A stretch of DNA of 64,000 nt from an uncultured cyanobacterium (GCA_963793265.1 CAWBZI010000004.1:128001-192000), one strand, 5' to 3'. Numbered from the stretch's first letter, positions 48,629-60,200 are shown. Notes: generated by a model not told the origin, from the sequence alone. A program made the numbers and translations.

Positions 48629-49699
48629 ATGTTAACTACGTCATCGCTCGATCTCAACAGTTTGAAAGCAGGGCTGAAAGAAAGCTTGAAAGAACAGTTA
48701 AAAGAGAACTTTCAGGATAATTCAGCCGCCGCAAGATATGCTACAGAGCTGAGTTTTTTGGCGCATGGTGAGGCGAATGCTATTTTTCGGTTGAGCGATC
48801 AGCAGCTTGTAAGGGTGGCAGTGAATACGCCTAATCAGCGCTTTGATGGGGAGGTGAGTCGGCTAACCGAGTTTGAGCAGGCGGTTTTGCTCTATATAAA
48901 AGGAACGGGCATTGGGCACGAGCTAGCAGCGGCAAAGCTGAGTCCTGATGCCTTATTTCCATATACTTATTTAATTACTAACTATCTGATTGGCCAACCG
49001 CTAGACTACAGCCGTACCCATTTAAGAAAGTGTGCTCATACGCTAGCTCATCTGCATAGGTTGCCACTGGCCGCAGATTATGACGTTGCTCAGCTTGTGC
49101 CGCCGCTGGTGTCTGTCGAGCAGCCGTTACAGCTTTTTTATCAGGAGTCAAAAGATTACGCTCAGCCTTATATTGAATCGACGGGGGCGGATTTGCGGAT
49201 TGTTGAGATGATTGAGGCTTTGTTGGTAAAGGCGCGATCGCACCTACCTGATGCCCAAAGGCTAATCGACTATCCTTATCGCTGCCTGGTGCATAGCGAT
49301 CACACTTACGACAACTGGGTGATCAATCAGCAAAGTGCCTACTTGATTGATTGGGAGTGGGCTGAGGTGGGCTCTCCGGCTGGTGATTTGGGCCACTTTT
49401 TATCGCCTGTGACGATTTGCAGGCGTGAGGGCTATCAGATGCCCGCCGAAGACCGAGCGTTTTTTTTGCGGTGTTATTACGAGGCTTTGGGCGATAGAGA
49501 CTTGGAGATTGCTATCAAACATCATTTTGCTGCGTTTGGCGCGTTTCCGGCGGTGCGATCGCTCTGCTGGACGGCGGGCTACTGGATTACTGCCAATCGC
49601 TGGTACGACGATGGCGAACAGGTCGATCCGAGCGATCGCTATGAACAGTTCAAAAGTCTGTGGCTTTCTGTGATGGACTGGTTAGATGAAGATATTTAA
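48629..49699 (+). CDS. Aminoglycoside-phosphotransferase/choline-kinase-like small-molecule kinase
   Basis: LAHGEAN loop, Brenner-like HSDHTYDN, LIDWE, DLGHFL. Confidence 0.8.
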   Translation: MLTTSSLDLNSLKAGLKESLKEQLKENFQDNSAAARYATELSFLAHGEANAIFRLSDQQLVRVAVNTPNQRFDGEVSRLTEFEQAVLLYIKGTGIGHELAAAKLSPDALFPYTYLITNYLIGQPLDYSRTHLRKCAHTLAHLHRLPLAADYDVAQLVPPLVSVEQPLQLFYQESKDYAQPYIESTGADLRIVEMIEALLVKARSHLPDAQRLIDYPYRCLVHSDHTYDNWVINQQSAYLIDWEWAEVGSPAGDLGHFLSPVTICRREGYQMPAEDRAFFLRCYYEALGDRDLEIAIKHHFAAFGAFPAVRSLCWTAGYWITANRWYDDGEQVDPSDRYEQFKSLWLSVMDWLDEDI

Positions 49700-50588
49700 T
49701 CGGATGCTAGATGAGCGGTGGCGGGCTTATTTGTTACTGCTGCCTGCGCTGAGCTTAGTCGGTCTGTTGTTTGGCGGCGGGCTGGCGCTGGCGTTTTTGC
49801 AGAGCTTGGGTTTGTGGGGGCTGACAGGAGACGGCGTGCTTTCGCTGGCGGCTTATGGCTCGGCGCTAGGGCGTGAGGGATTTTGGCGATCGCTTACCCT
49901 CAGCCTTTACATAGCACTCGTCTCGACTGGACTCTCGACGGTTCTAAGCATTGGCCTGGCGCTGTTGCTGCGCTCGGCGGGGCGGTGGGCGAGTTTTGCC
50001 TGTCAGCTCACGCTGCCGATTCCGCATCTGGTCGGGATTGCAGGGATGTTACTGCTGCTGTCGCCTAGCGGGCTGCTGTCGCGACTGCTGTTTGATTTGG
50101 GGTTAATTCAATCGGATCAGGGCTTTCCGCTGCTGGTGAATGACGGCGCTAATTTGGGTGTGATAATTCTCTTTTTGTGGAAGGAGATTCCGTTTATGAC
50201 GCTGATTTTGCTGGCGGTGCTGCGCGGAATTCGGCCTGAGTATGAGCGTCAGGCGAGAGCGTTGGGGGCGAGCCGGTGGCAGTGCTTTTGGTCGGTGACG
50301 CTGCCGCTGATGAAGCCGGGGATTGTGTCGGCAAGTTTGATTGTGTTTGGCTATGTGTTTGGCTCGTTTGAGGTGCCGTTTTTGCTAGGGGCGACCTATC
50401 CGCAAGCGCTGCCGGTGCTGGTGTATCAGGCGTTTACAAATGTGGACTTGGCGCAGCGGACGACGGCGATCGCCTTAGGTTTATTACTCTCATTTGTCTC
50501 GTTAGCACTTAGCGGGCTTTATTTGTGGCTAGGATCTAAAGATGCGAGTAAACCGTTAAAAAATTCTCTCTTTCAGCAACCATCATGA
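49686..50588 (+). CDS. ABC transporter permease (YnjC/PotB-like)
   Basis: TM helices; EAA loop YERQARALGAS; WKEIPF. Confidence 0.9.
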   Translation: MKIFNRMLDERWRAYLLLLPALSLVGLLFGGGLALAFLQSLGLWGLTGDGVLSLAAYGSALGREGFWRSLTLSLYIALVSTGLSTVLSIGLALLLRSAGRWASFACQLTLPIPHLVGIAGMLLLLSPSGLLSRLLFDLGLIQSDQGFPLLVNDGANLGVIILFLWKEIPFMTLILLAVLRGIRPEYERQARALGASRWQCFWSVTLPLMKPGIVSASLIVFGYVFGSFEVPFLLGATYPQALPVLVYQAFTNVDLAQRTTAIALGLLLSFVSLALSGLYLWLGSKDASKPLKNSLFQQPS

Positions 50589-51376
50589 CCAAAAATGCGC
50601 TGCTGGGCCTGATCATTAGCGTGCTGTTTCTGCCGTTCTTGCCGCTGCTGATTAGCTCGTTTGCAAACGGCTGGTATTTTCCGCAGCTATGGCCGCAAGA
50701 CTGGACGATGGTGCACTGGCAGGCGGTTTTTTCGACGACTTCTAAGGTGGGAGAGGGATTTTTGCAGAGTTTGGTGATTGCAGCGATCGCAACCGGCCTA
50801 GCCCTAGTCGTAGGGCTACCTGCGGGGCGGGCTTTGGGGCTGATGGATTTTCCTGGTAAGGCTGGGATTAAGCTGTTTTTGCTAATGCCGATTATTGTCT
50901 CGCCGCTGGCGACGCTGATGGGAATTCAGTCGGTGCTGATTCGGTTGGGGCTTAGCGGCACGGTGACGGGCGTGGTGCTGGTGCATTTGCTGCCGATCAT
51001 TCCTTATATGACTTTGGTGTTGAGCAGCGTGTTTGCTAATTTTGATCCAGGGTATGAGGTACAGGCGCGATCGCTCGGCGCATCCCCCTGGCAGGTGCTC
51101 ACTAACATCACGCTACCAATCATTTTGCCGGGCGTAGTAGTAGGCTCACTGTTTGCCTTTTTAATCTCGTGGAATGAGTTTTTGCTGACGTTTTTTGTCG
51201 GTGGCGGTCGGGTGTTTACGCTGCCGATGGTGCTGTTTACGTCGCTTCAAGGGGGGAACAGCGGGCTGACGGCGGCGATCGCGATTACTTCAGTCATACC
51301 CGCGCTGGTTTTTCTGTTGTTCTCTAGCCGGGCGCTGCAAAATGAGGCGGCAATTGGTGGGCTAGGAGACGTGTGA
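50585..51376 (+). CDS. ABC transporter permease (PotC-like)
   Basis: YEVQARSLGAS; FLISWNEF. Confidence 0.9.
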   Translation: MTKNALLGLIISVLFLPFLPLLISSFANGWYFPQLWPQDWTMVHWQAVFSTTSKVGEGFLQSLVIAAIATGLALVVGLPAGRALGLMDFPGKAGIKLFLLMPIIVSPLATLMGIQSVLIRLGLSGTVTGVVLVHLLPIIPYMTLVLSSVFANFDPGYEVQARSLGASPWQVLTNITLPIILPGVVVGSLFAFLISWNEFLLTFFVGGGRVFTLPMVLFTSLQGGNSGLTAAIAITSVIPALVFLLFSSRALQNEAAIGGLGDV

Positions 51377-52428
51377 TGCAGCTAGCGCTAAAGAATTTAA
51401 GCAAATCTTTTCGGGGTGTGCCTGCAGTTGAGCATCTGTGGCTAGAGATTAAGGCGGGTGAGATTGTCTCTTTGTTGGGGCCTTCGGGCTGCGGTAAGTC
51501 TACGACGTTGCAGCTAATTGCGGGGATTTTGCGGCCTGATGCGGGTCAGGTGGAGCTGGGTGATCGCGTACTTAATCGGGTGCCTCCTGAGCGGCGAAAT
51601 GTGGCTTTGATTTTGCAAAAGGGTCTGTTGTTCCCACATTTAAGCGTGGGAGAGAATGTGGCGTTTGGGCTGAAAATGCGGGGGGTGAATCGGGCGGAAC
51701 GGGAGGAGCAGGCGATCGCAATGCTCAAAAGGGTGCAGCTAGGCGGATTTGCGCACCGGCAGCCGTCTGAGCTTTCGGGCGGGCAGGCGCAGCGGGTGGC
51801 ACTGGCGCGGTCGCTGGTGATTCAGCCAAAGGTTTTGCTATTAGATGAGCCGCTGTCTGCTTTAGATGCTAATTTGCGGGAGGAAATGCAGGGCTTGATT
51901 CTTCAGCTTCAGGCGGAGACGGGCGTGACGCTGGTGATTGTGACGCACGATCAGGCGGAGGCGGTGGTGATGTCTCAGCGGATTGCGCTGATGTTTGAGG
52001 GGCGACTGCGGCAGGTGGCGACGCCCGAGGCGCTTTATCGGTATCCATGCGATGAGGAAACGGCGCGATTTTTTGGCGGGGTGAACTTTTTTACGACTAA
52101 AGCCAAGCAGCGCGAGTGGTGGCTAAATGAACAGACAATGCTGATGAGCGATCAGTCGCTCGAAGGTGATATTCAGGTCACGATTCGCCCGGAACACGTT
52201 CAAGTTTATGCGGCGCGTCCGAGTGAGGCTGACAATGTGCTGATGGCAACGGTCACAGCTAATCGATTCGTGGGCACTCAGCGGAAGCTAACGCTACAGC
52301 TTGCGACCGGGCCACCTTTGCAGGCATGGATCGCGCCTAATCAAACTTTTGCGGTTGGTCAGTCTGTATGGGTGCGCTTACCTGCTGATGGGCTTTGGGG
52401 CTTTCCTGTGACCGAAGGGCTAGAGTAG
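51376..52428 (+). CDS. ABC transporter ATP-binding protein (PotA-like, with TOBE domain)
   Basis: GPSGCGKS, LSGGQAQR, LLLDEP, VTHD; TGATG coupling (GTG at 51373 is the alternative start). Confidence 0.93.
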   Translation: MQLALKNLSKSFRGVPAVEHLWLEIKAGEIVSLLGPSGCGKSTTLQLIAGILRPDAGQVELGDRVLNRVPPERRNVALILQKGLLFPHLSVGENVAFGLKMRGVNRAEREEQAIAMLKRVQLGGFAHRQPSELSGGQAQRVALARSLVIQPKVLLLDEPLSALDANLREEMQGLILQLQAETGVTLVIVTHDQAEAVVMSQRIALMFEGRLRQVATPEALYRYPCDEETARFFGGVNFFTTKAKQREWWLNEQTMLMSDQSLEGDIQVTIRPEHVQVYAARPSEADNVLMATVTANRFVGTQRKLTLQLATGPPLQAWIAPNQTFAVGQSVWVRLPADGLWGFPVTEGLE

Positions 52429-52474
52429 ATCTCTTCTAACCCTATTTCATCTGTCCATTTTCTTTTAAAGCCTA

Positions 52475-53761
52475 ATGTCAAATATTTCTAAACATCGCTA
52501 TCCAATTACGCTACCTCGTCGCCAGTTTGTTGCGCTTTCAACAGCGGCTTTTTTAGGTGCGATCGCCACAAGCTGCACCAACCGTTCCACCTCATCTACT
52601 TCAGAAGATCTAGATCTTAGCACCGCAAGCTGGGACGAGATTGTTGCACAAGCCCAAGGAACCACCGTCAACTGGGCCATGTGGGGCGGCAGTGACAACA
52701 TTAATGCCTACGCCGACGAATGGGTTGCTGAGCAGCTCAAGAGCCAGTACGATGTGACGCTCAATCGTGTGCCGATTAACGACACGGTAGAAGCGGTGAA
52801 CAAAGTTGTAGGCGAAGTTCAGGCCGGGCTTAATAGCGGCGGCAGCATCGATCTCATTTGGATCAACGGAGAGAACTTTCGCACGCTAAAGCAGGGCAAT
52901 TTACTCTTTGGGCCTTTTACCGACAAGCTCCCGGCGATGGCCGCTTATGATCTGGATAATCCGGCGGTGCTCTCGGACTTTGGCTTGCCCACGGACGGCT
53001 ACGAAGCGCCTTATACCGGGGCCTACTATCTGATGGTGAAAGACAGCGCTAAGGTTCAGCAAACGCCTGAGACGTTTGATGCGCTGCTGGAATGGGCGAA
53101 AGAGAATCCGGGCCGATTTACCTATGCCGCGCCGCCTGCTTTTGACGGCAGCCGCTTCTTGCTGACGGTGCTCTATGGGGTGACAGGTGGCTATGAGCAG
53201 TATGCGGGCGCGGAATTTGATGAGGCGCTGTGGGCTGAGAAGTCGCCGCTGGTGGTGGACTATTTGGAGTCGCTAGAGCCCTATCTGTGGCGCAGGGGTA
53301 GAACGTATCCACCCTCGCAGGCACGGCTGAATGAGCTGTTTGCAAACGGTGAAATTTGGATGATGCCCGCGTTTGTTTCACAGATTGTAGAGGCCAAAAC
53401 GAACGGACAGTTTCCAGATACGGCTGAGGCGTTTGCAATGCCGGGTGCTTCTTTGAACGATCCTTCGTTCACGGCGATTCCGGTGAATGCGAGCAATCCG
53501 GCAGGGGCAATGGTGCTGGCCAATGTGCTCTCTAGTCCTGAAGGGCAGCTTGAGAAGTTTAAGCCGCAGGTGTGGGGCGATCCGCCGCTGCTGGCGGTGA
53601 GTAAGGTGCCGCCTGATTTGCAAAAGGAATTTGCGCAGGTGGAGGCTGATTATGGGGTGCCGCTGAAGGATCTGGTGGCGGATGTGGTACCGGTTGCCAA
53701 TGCCGAATATACGACTCGGCTAGAAACGCTTTGGAAAGAGAAAATTGCTACAACCAGTTAG
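52475..53761 (+). CDS. YnjB-like ABC substrate-binding lipoprotein (Tat-like signal)
   Basis: RRQFV..ATSC lipobox; WAMWGGS, IDLIWINGENF, NPGRFTY, WGDP. Confidence 0.85.
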   Translation: MSNISKHRYPITLPRRQFVALSTAAFLGAIATSCTNRSTSSTSEDLDLSTASWDEIVAQAQGTTVNWAMWGGSDNINAYADEWVAEQLKSQYDVTLNRVPINDTVEAVNKVVGEVQAGLNSGGSIDLIWINGENFRTLKQGNLLFGPFTDKLPAMAAYDLDNPAVLSDFGLPTDGYEAPYTGAYYLMVKDSAKVQQTPETFDALLEWAKENPGRFTYAAPPAFDGSRFLLTVLYGVTGGYEQYAGAEFDEALWAEKSPLVVDYLESLEPYLWRRGRTYPPSQARLNELFANGEIWMMPAFVSQIVEAKTNGQFPDTAEAFAMPGASLNDPSFTAIPVNASNPAGAMVLANVLSSPEGQLEKFKPQVWGDPPLLAVSKVPPDLQKEFAQVEADYGVPLKDLVADVVPVANAEYTTRLETLWKEKIATTS

Positions 53762-53801
53762 AAAATCTTAGAATTAAAGACCACTGGAGATACCTGTCTA
53801 T

Positions 53802-54632
53802 ATGGCTTTTAAAGAACGTGAGAGTCGCGATCGCGGCGTCATTGAGAACAACCGTTTGATGGAACTGCATCTTTATCCTGGCAACCGATGCAATCGAGAC
53901 TGTGATTTTTGTACGGTGTTTGGTACGCCAAAGGGTGACTATATTGCTTATGAGGCGGCGCATTTAGACGCGGCTTTGCGCTCTGTGATACTGAATGATC
54001 AAGGGGCGATTAAGTTTTATGGGGGTGAGCCGACGCTGGATCATCAGAATGTGATTTGGGCGATTTCTTATTTGCGCGATCACGATTTCACAGGCGCAAT
54101 TGTGATCTACTCCAACGGCATTCGCGCTGAGCAGCTAATTGAGGTTCTAGAATCTGATTCGCTAGGGAAAACAACCGCCTCACTTAATTACTCAATTGCC
54201 ACAGGAGACGGCGCGCCGCAGATGCCGCTAAAGGCTTTGAAGCGACTGGAAGACTATGAGGAAATGCACGAGGGAGCGATCGCAATCGGTCACCCTGACA
54301 TCGTGGACTCAGGTCGCGGCGTCGATCCGTTTACCGGCGAAGAAACCCGCCCCAAAGTTAACTCCACCTGCCCCCACTGCTACCCCGTACTCAAAAGCGA
54401 CGGCCAGTTTCACGCCTGCCCGTTTGCCATCGAAAACGACTCCCCCCACTTCCAGCTAGGCGACATCAACACGCCGCCTGCTGAAGTCGCCCAAAACTTT
54501 GACGCCTTCTTCGAGTGGCTTGACACTGTTCATCAGCCCTACGCCGAAGCCCACGAACTGCCCGCCTGCACGGTCTGCTGGAAACATTTACACGAACTAC
54601 CTGTGCCCAGAGGAATTCCTGTAAATGCTTAA
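53802..54632 (+). CDS. Radical SAM protein with Cys-rich C-terminus
   Basis: CNRDCDFC, YGGEPT, YSNG; C-terminal CPHC..HACPF..CTVC. Confidence 0.85.
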   Translation: MAFKERESRDRGVIENNRLMELHLYPGNRCNRDCDFCTVFGTPKGDYIAYEAAHLDAALRSVILNDQGAIKFYGGEPTLDHQNVIWAISYLRDHDFTGAIVIYSNGIRAEQLIEVLESDSLGKTTASLNYSIATGDGAPQMPLKALKRLEDYEEMHEGAIAIGHPDIVDSGRGVDPFTGEETRPKVNSTCPHCYPVLKSDGQFHACPFAIENDSPHFQLGDINTPPAEVAQNFDAFFEWLDTVHQPYAEAHELPACTVCWKHLHELPVPRGIPVNA

Positions 54633-54708
54633 CGCCGCCTAAAAGATGAGAACGGGGTCTAAAAATCGTCTAAATTAGACATTGATTTGTCGATGACAAG
54701 GAAACCCC

Positions 54709-55098
54709 GTGCGCAAAATTATTCAGACCGACCAGGCTCCCGCTCCCGTAGGCCCATACAACCAGGGCGTCGTTGCTTCGGGCGCGATGCTGTTTGTCGC
54801 CGGGCAAATTCCTTTAGATGCGACGACTGGCGAACTGGTCGGCACAACGGTGGCCGAGCAAACCGAAAAATCGCTACAAAATTTAGCAGCAGTAATCAAG
54901 GCGGCGGGCTCAGACATGTCTCAGGTCGTCAAAACATCAGTCTTTCTCAAAGACATGAACGACTTTGCTGAGATGAACAAGGTCTATGCTCAGCACTTCG
55001 GTGACGAAAGCGCTCCCGCTCGTGCCTGCGTAGAAGTCGCCCGCCTCCCCAAAGATGTTTTAGTCGAAATTGAATGCATCGCCATGGTACCGATCTAA
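54709..55098 (+). CDS. ridA: RidA-family enamine/imine deaminase
   Basis: APAPVGPYNQG, AGQIP, PARACVEVARLPKDVLVEIECIA. Confidence 0.93.
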   Translation: MRKIIQTDQAPAPVGPYNQGVVASGAMLFVAGQIPLDATTGELVGTTVAEQTEKSLQNLAAVIKAAGSDMSQVVKTSVFLKDMNDFAEMNKVYAQHFGDESAPARACVEVARLPKDVLVEIECIAMVPI

Positions 55099-55109
55099 CG
55101 GCAACCTCC

Positions 55110-55133
55110 GTAGGGGCGCAAGACCTTGCGCCC
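55110..55133 (+). repeat. Single GTAG-type REP
   Basis: GTAG-GGGCGCAAG-AC-CTTGCGCCC hairpin. Confidence 0.7.
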
Positions 55134-55190
55134 TCCGTCTGAGACAACACCCCCCACCCTTCACCCAACAGCAAATTCTCCCGAGGCACT

Positions 55191-56561
55191 ATGGCGGACT
55201 CACTCGCGATCGCAATCCTAGCAGCAGGCAAAGGCACCCGCATGAGGTCATCTTTACCCAAAGTCCTGCATCGCCTCAGCGGCCTTACGCTGGTTGAAAA
55301 CGTCCTGGCTAGCACCGCGCTTGTGAACCCTACCCGCAAACTTGCCATCATCGGCTACGAAGCCGATCAGGTGAAAGCAGCACTCTCTAAAGTGCCAGAT
55401 TTAGAGTTTGTTGAGCAGACCGAACAGCTCGGTACCGGCCACGCCGTACAGCAAGTAATTCCAGCGCTAGAAGGCTTTGAAGGAAATCTGTTAGTACTCA
55501 ATGGCGACGTGCCCTTACTACGGCCCGAAACGATTGAACAGATGTTGAAAACCCATACTGAGAACGATAACGCGGCGACTATCTTGACGGCGCAGATGGA
55601 CGATCCAACCGGCTATGGCCGCGTTTTCTGTGATGACAATTTAATTGTCGAAGAAATTGTCGAGCATCGTGACTGTAGTGAAGAGCAGCGAAACAACAAC
55701 AGAACAAACGCAGGTATTTATTGCTTTAAATGGTCGGCGCTGATGACGATTCTGCCTCACCTGAAGTCAGATAACGATCAGAATGAGTACTACTTAACAG
55801 ATGTGATCAAAGAACTCTCGCCTGTGATGGCGATGGACGTTTCACCTTCAGAAGTGGCGGGCATCAACAATCGCAAACAGCTTTCAGAAGCCGAAGCCGT
55901 GATGCAGAAGAGACTCAAAGATGAACTGTTACTTTCTGGCGTTACGTTGATTAATGCAGCTAGTATCACGATTGATTCGACGGTGACGGTAGAGCCTGAC
56001 GTCATTATTGAACCGCAGACGAACTTGCGCGGTAATTCTGTGATTAAGTCGGGCTGTCGGATTGGCCCCGGTTCTTTTGTTGAAAATAGTACGATTGGAG
56101 AAAATACGCTGCTGGTTCACTCAATGGTGACTGATAGCGAAGTTGCCGCAGGTGGCCGGATTGGGCCGTTTGCCCATATTCGCGGTAAGGCGCAGGTAGG
56201 AGAGAACTGCCGGATTGGTAACTTTGTTGAGATCAAGAAGTCGGTGATTGGTGCGAACTCAAATATGGCGCATCTTTCTTACTTGGGAGACGCTGAGCTA
56301 GGTGAGCAGGTGAATGTGGGAGCCGGGACGATTACGGCGAACTACGACGGTAAGTATAAGCATAAGACGGTGATTGGCGATCGCGCAAAAACTGGCGCAA
56401 ATACTACACTTGTCGCCCCTATTATCGTTGGTGAAGACGTAACGATTGCCGCAGGCTCCACGCTTACCAAAGACGTTGACCCTGACTGTTTAGCTTTGAC
56501 GCGATCGCCACAAAAGACGATTCCTGGATGGAAGCCTAAGTATCTAAGAGAGAAGCAGTAG
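55191..56561 (+). CDS. glmU: Bifunctional UDP-GlcNAc pyrophosphorylase / glucosamine-1-phosphate acetyltransferase
   Basis: [32 protein letters not shown], hexapeptide repeats, [15 protein letters not shown]. Confidence 0.97.
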   Translation: MADSLAIAILAAGKGTRMRSSLPKVLHRLSGLTLVENVLASTALVNPTRKLAIIGYEADQVKAALSKVPDLEFVEQTEQLGTGHAVQQVIPALEGFEGNLLVLNGDVPLLRPETIEQMLKTHTENDNAATILTAQMDDPTGYGRVFCDDNLIVEEIVEHRDCSEEQRNNNRTNAGIYCFKWSALMTILPHLKSDNDQNEYYLTDVIKELSPVMAMDVSPSEVAGINNRKQLSEAEAVMQKRLKDELLLSGVTLINAASITIDSTVTVEPDVIIEPQTNLRGNSVIKSGCRIGPGSFVENSTIGENTLLVHSMVTDSEVAAGGRIGPFAHIRGKAQVGENCRIGNFVEIKKSVIGANSNMAHLSYLGDAELGEQVNVGAGTITANYDGKYKHKTVIGDRAKTGANTTLVAPIIVGEDVTIAAGSTLTKDVDPDCLALTRSPQKTIPGWKPKYLREKQ

Positions 56562-56595
56562 TCTCTATGAGCCTTTGCGGCATGTATGCAATCTT

Positions 56596-57252
56596 TTAGA
56601 CGTACATTTCTAGTTCTCGTACAGTCTGAATGGTTTCACCGCTGGCTTCATCATTGGTCTTAGGGGGTATTGGTGCGCTATCTGAGCCAGTGCTAACAGA
56701 ATCTACTGCCTGAAGGGTAGGCGAAGCGAGTCGTTTGCCGCCTAACACCGCCGGTATATCTAGCAATAGAAGCGTGTGAGAATTACCGTGTAAATGGTAC
56801 GTGACCACATGAGAGATCCATCGCAGCGCCCGAGCCAATCGCTTTTCGTGTGGCACGGGTTTAAGCGCGTAGTTAGGCATATCAATCAAGTCTGGAGGCT
56901 CGTTTAAGGCAATTCCCCAGAATTCCCCATCAGTGTCGCGCAGCACCAGCAAAAAGGGCGGATTTTGATCGCCCGTTTGCCCTTCAGACTGCGAGGGGCG
57001 ACTGGCTGGCGGAAGTAGCTTATGTAACTCAATTATCTGAATGCTGTACGGCCCTAGCTGTACTAATCCCATGCTAACTAATCCCCCCTGATTGGGCGGT
57101 GGGGTGGCCACTACTTTCAAAATACCTGCGCTGGGCAGTGCTAACAGATGCCCTGACACCTTGAAGGTGATGTACTGCTTTACTTCAGCAGATTTGCGGG
57201 CGGCAGCTTCAAATTCTTGTTGAGAAATGCTCTGGGTGGCGATATTATTCAT
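56596..57252 (-). CDS. CheW-like coupling protein (divergent)
   Basis: YITFKV..LALP....KV; last gene of the Che operon, overlapping the CheA stop. Confidence 0.7.
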   Translation of the reverse strand: MNNIATQSISQQEFEAAARKSAEVKQYITFKVSGHLLALPSAGILKVVATPPPNQGGLVSMGLVQLGPYSIQIIELHKLLPPASRPSQSEGQTGDQNPPFLLVLRDTDGEFWGIALNEPPDLIDMPNYALKPVPHEKRLARALRWISHVVTYHLHGNSHTLLLLDIPAVLGGKRLASPTLQAVDSVSTGSDSAPIPPKTNDEASGETIQTVRELEMYV

Positions 57253-60200
57253 AAGGGCGCTCCCGCTGTACTGGCTCTTACTGCACTCGCTCTTACTGCA
57301 CTGGCTCCTACTGTATTGGCTCCTACTGTACTTAGAGAAGCTTGAGGAGAGACTTGAGGCAATGTTTGGAACTGACTTTCGATAGCCTCAGCAACGGTTT
57401 GAAGAAGCTGGGGCGTGAGGTAGGGTTTGGTGAGGTAGGCTGTAGCGCCAAGATTTTCGGTGAGCGAGCGATGCTTCGTACCGGCTCTTGATGTCAGCAT
57501 AATCGTTGGAATTGAGGCAATTTCTGGTCGCTGCTGGCGTACTTTTAAAAATTCAAAGCCGTTCATCCCAGGCATCTCAATATCACATAAAATAGCTTGA
57601 ACATCCGGGTATCGCGCTAGCTGCTGAAGAGCTTCTGCGCCGTCTTTGGCTTGAATAACCTGATAGTTAACGCGCTGTAGCGCATCTGCCAAAGCATCGC
57701 GCACTGTGATCGAATCGTCTACCGTCAAAATCAGCTTTTTAGCAAAAACGGGTTTCTGCGAAGCGCTGGCGATTTGAGATGAATGGCGATTTGAAGCATT
57801 TGCACTCGCGTCATCTCCTTTTTGCTGACGGTGCTGCGTTGAGACTACTTTTGCAAGTACTGTGCTATCGAGCACTAGGGTCAGTTGTCCATTTGGCAAA
57901 ACGCTGCTGCCGTATAGATAATCAGGCGGTGAGAGAGTTGTGCTCAATGGGCTGATGACTAGCTCCTGTTCGCCTAGCAGCTCATCGACTTCTAGGCCAA
58001 CTAGCGTATCGCCATGGCGCAGTAGCACGAGCGGAGATGAGATGCCTGAGTGAGTATCAGCAGTGAGAGGGGTTCGATGCTCAGGTAAAGACGAGGTATG
58101 AGGCAAGACCCGATCTAGCGTGCTAACAGGAATAAGATACTCCTGCTCGCTAGTTTGCCAGGTCAAGGTCTTGCCGCCCTCCCACACCCACATCTGCTCT
58201 AGTGTGGGCCTCAAAATATGCTCAATAGCTTCTGTCATCAGCGCATAAGTGCGATCTTTTACCCGACACAGCAGCATTTTAGCGATGCTCGTGTGGGTAG
58301 GAATTTTAAGCGTAAAGCAGGTGCTAACGGCAGGAACATAGCTGACGGCGGTTTCTCCTTGCAGCGATCGCACCCTGGCTCTAACGGCATCTAGCCCCAC
58401 CCCTCGGCCCGATATGCTATCAATATCGCCAGCCGTCGAAAACCCTGCTTCAAACAGCAAATCAGTCGTTTGCGAAAGCGTTAAGGTAGCCGCCTCAGCA
58501 ACGGTGATAAGCTGACTTTCGATGGCCTTAGTGCGAATGATCTCAAGGTCTAGCCCCTGCCCATCGTCTTTGATCGTAATGACGACATAGCGACCTTGCT
58601 GAGCGCCCGCGATGGTAATACGGCCAGCGGCAGGCTTGTTCTGGTCAATTCGTTCTTCAGGAAATTCTATGCCATGGTCAAACGCATTCCGTACAAGGTG
58701 TAGCAGTGGCTCATAGAGCTGATCGACAATCGCTCTATCTACCAAAAATTCGCCGCCTTCTATCACGACTTCAACCTGCTTACCATACTCGCCACAAAAC
58801 TGTGCCTGGAGCCGCGATACCGCAGCAGGCAGCCGCTGAAAGACCTGTCTTAAAGGCACCATTCTGGCAGTGAGCAGGGTTTCACGAGTATTTGCTAACA
58901 GCCGCTTTTGTCTGTCTAATGCTTGCTCCGAGCGCTTGACAAACAGTTCAATGGCATCGACACTTTCTGATTGCTGAATGCTCTCTTCTAAGCAAGACTG
59001 CACCAATAGCTGAATATCGTTGTACTGGTCTAGCTCCAAGGTATCAAATTGAGCATACGAGATGGCATTTGAGCTTGCAGCAGGCGTTGGTTTTGCTTGG
59101 AGATGGTCTGATGATGCTCGCGCAAACGATGCTTGGATGACGGTGCGATCGCGATACTGATTGAGCTGCCGCTGCTGCTGCAAAATGCGGTTTGACAGCT
59201 TTTTAACGAGCGCTGATAGCTGTTCGTTGTAGAGGGTTTGACGATTCTGCTGGGTGAGTAATTCACCCATTGCCTGAGAGAGCTGCTGCAGATGTTGGGC
59301 GCTCACGCGCGTTGTTATACGACGACTGCTTGAGGCTGAGGTATCTGCTGGGATATTGCCCGGCTGGCGAGGCTGCTTTTGCCGACTAGAACTGTTCCTT
59401 TCTGAAGCAGGCAGATTTAAAGCAGGCAGATCGTCTGTAAAAAGAGACGGATCGCCTGCAAACGGTGATGAGTCCTCCATTTCGCTATCTTCTAGCTGGA
59501 TAGCTGAAGATTCTACTTCAGCAATTACTGGCTCTGTAGAGGTAGCAACGTTTTCATGCTCATCGCTGTCGGCGGCGTCCTCTACAGATGCGATGGGTTG
59601 AGATAGCTGACCTACAGAGTGATCGCGCGGCTGTTCGCTTTGAGCGGATTTCCCAATGGGGTGAGTCAGTAGCTGCCACGGACGTTTAATCCAGCTACCT
59701 TTACGCTTTTTTCTAGCTTGAGCGTCTGCTTTTTCAAGTAGCGCCTGGCGAGAAGAAAAGCCGCAAAGCTGTTGCAGTGCAGCCGAAGGCACTCCACCTT
59801 GGGTGCGATCGCCCCCCAGCACGTCTGCTTTAGCCGCACAAAAGTTCTCTAGCGCGGCTTGGGCAATTGCCAAAGTCCGCTCTGGATGCTCTGTTAGTCC
59901 GTCTAACGTAATCTGGGCGATCTCTTGAAAGCCAGGCAAATCCAAAGATTCAGCTAGGCCAATAAAGACTTCTGCCTGACTCTTTAAAAGATCGCTCAGC
60001 GCAGCTAAATCGGGTTCTTCTAGCGCTTCTGAGAGTAACGTTAGTCGCTGGCTGACGCCTACTTCAAAGATAGATTGAGTCAGATCAAACCCTAGCTCGC
60101 TAGATGTTGGTATATGCCCCTCTTGGCCAAAGCGAGCGCCTAGCATCGCTTGGAGCTGACTGACCACCGCTGCCATCCGGTCTAGAATGTCCGACTCATC

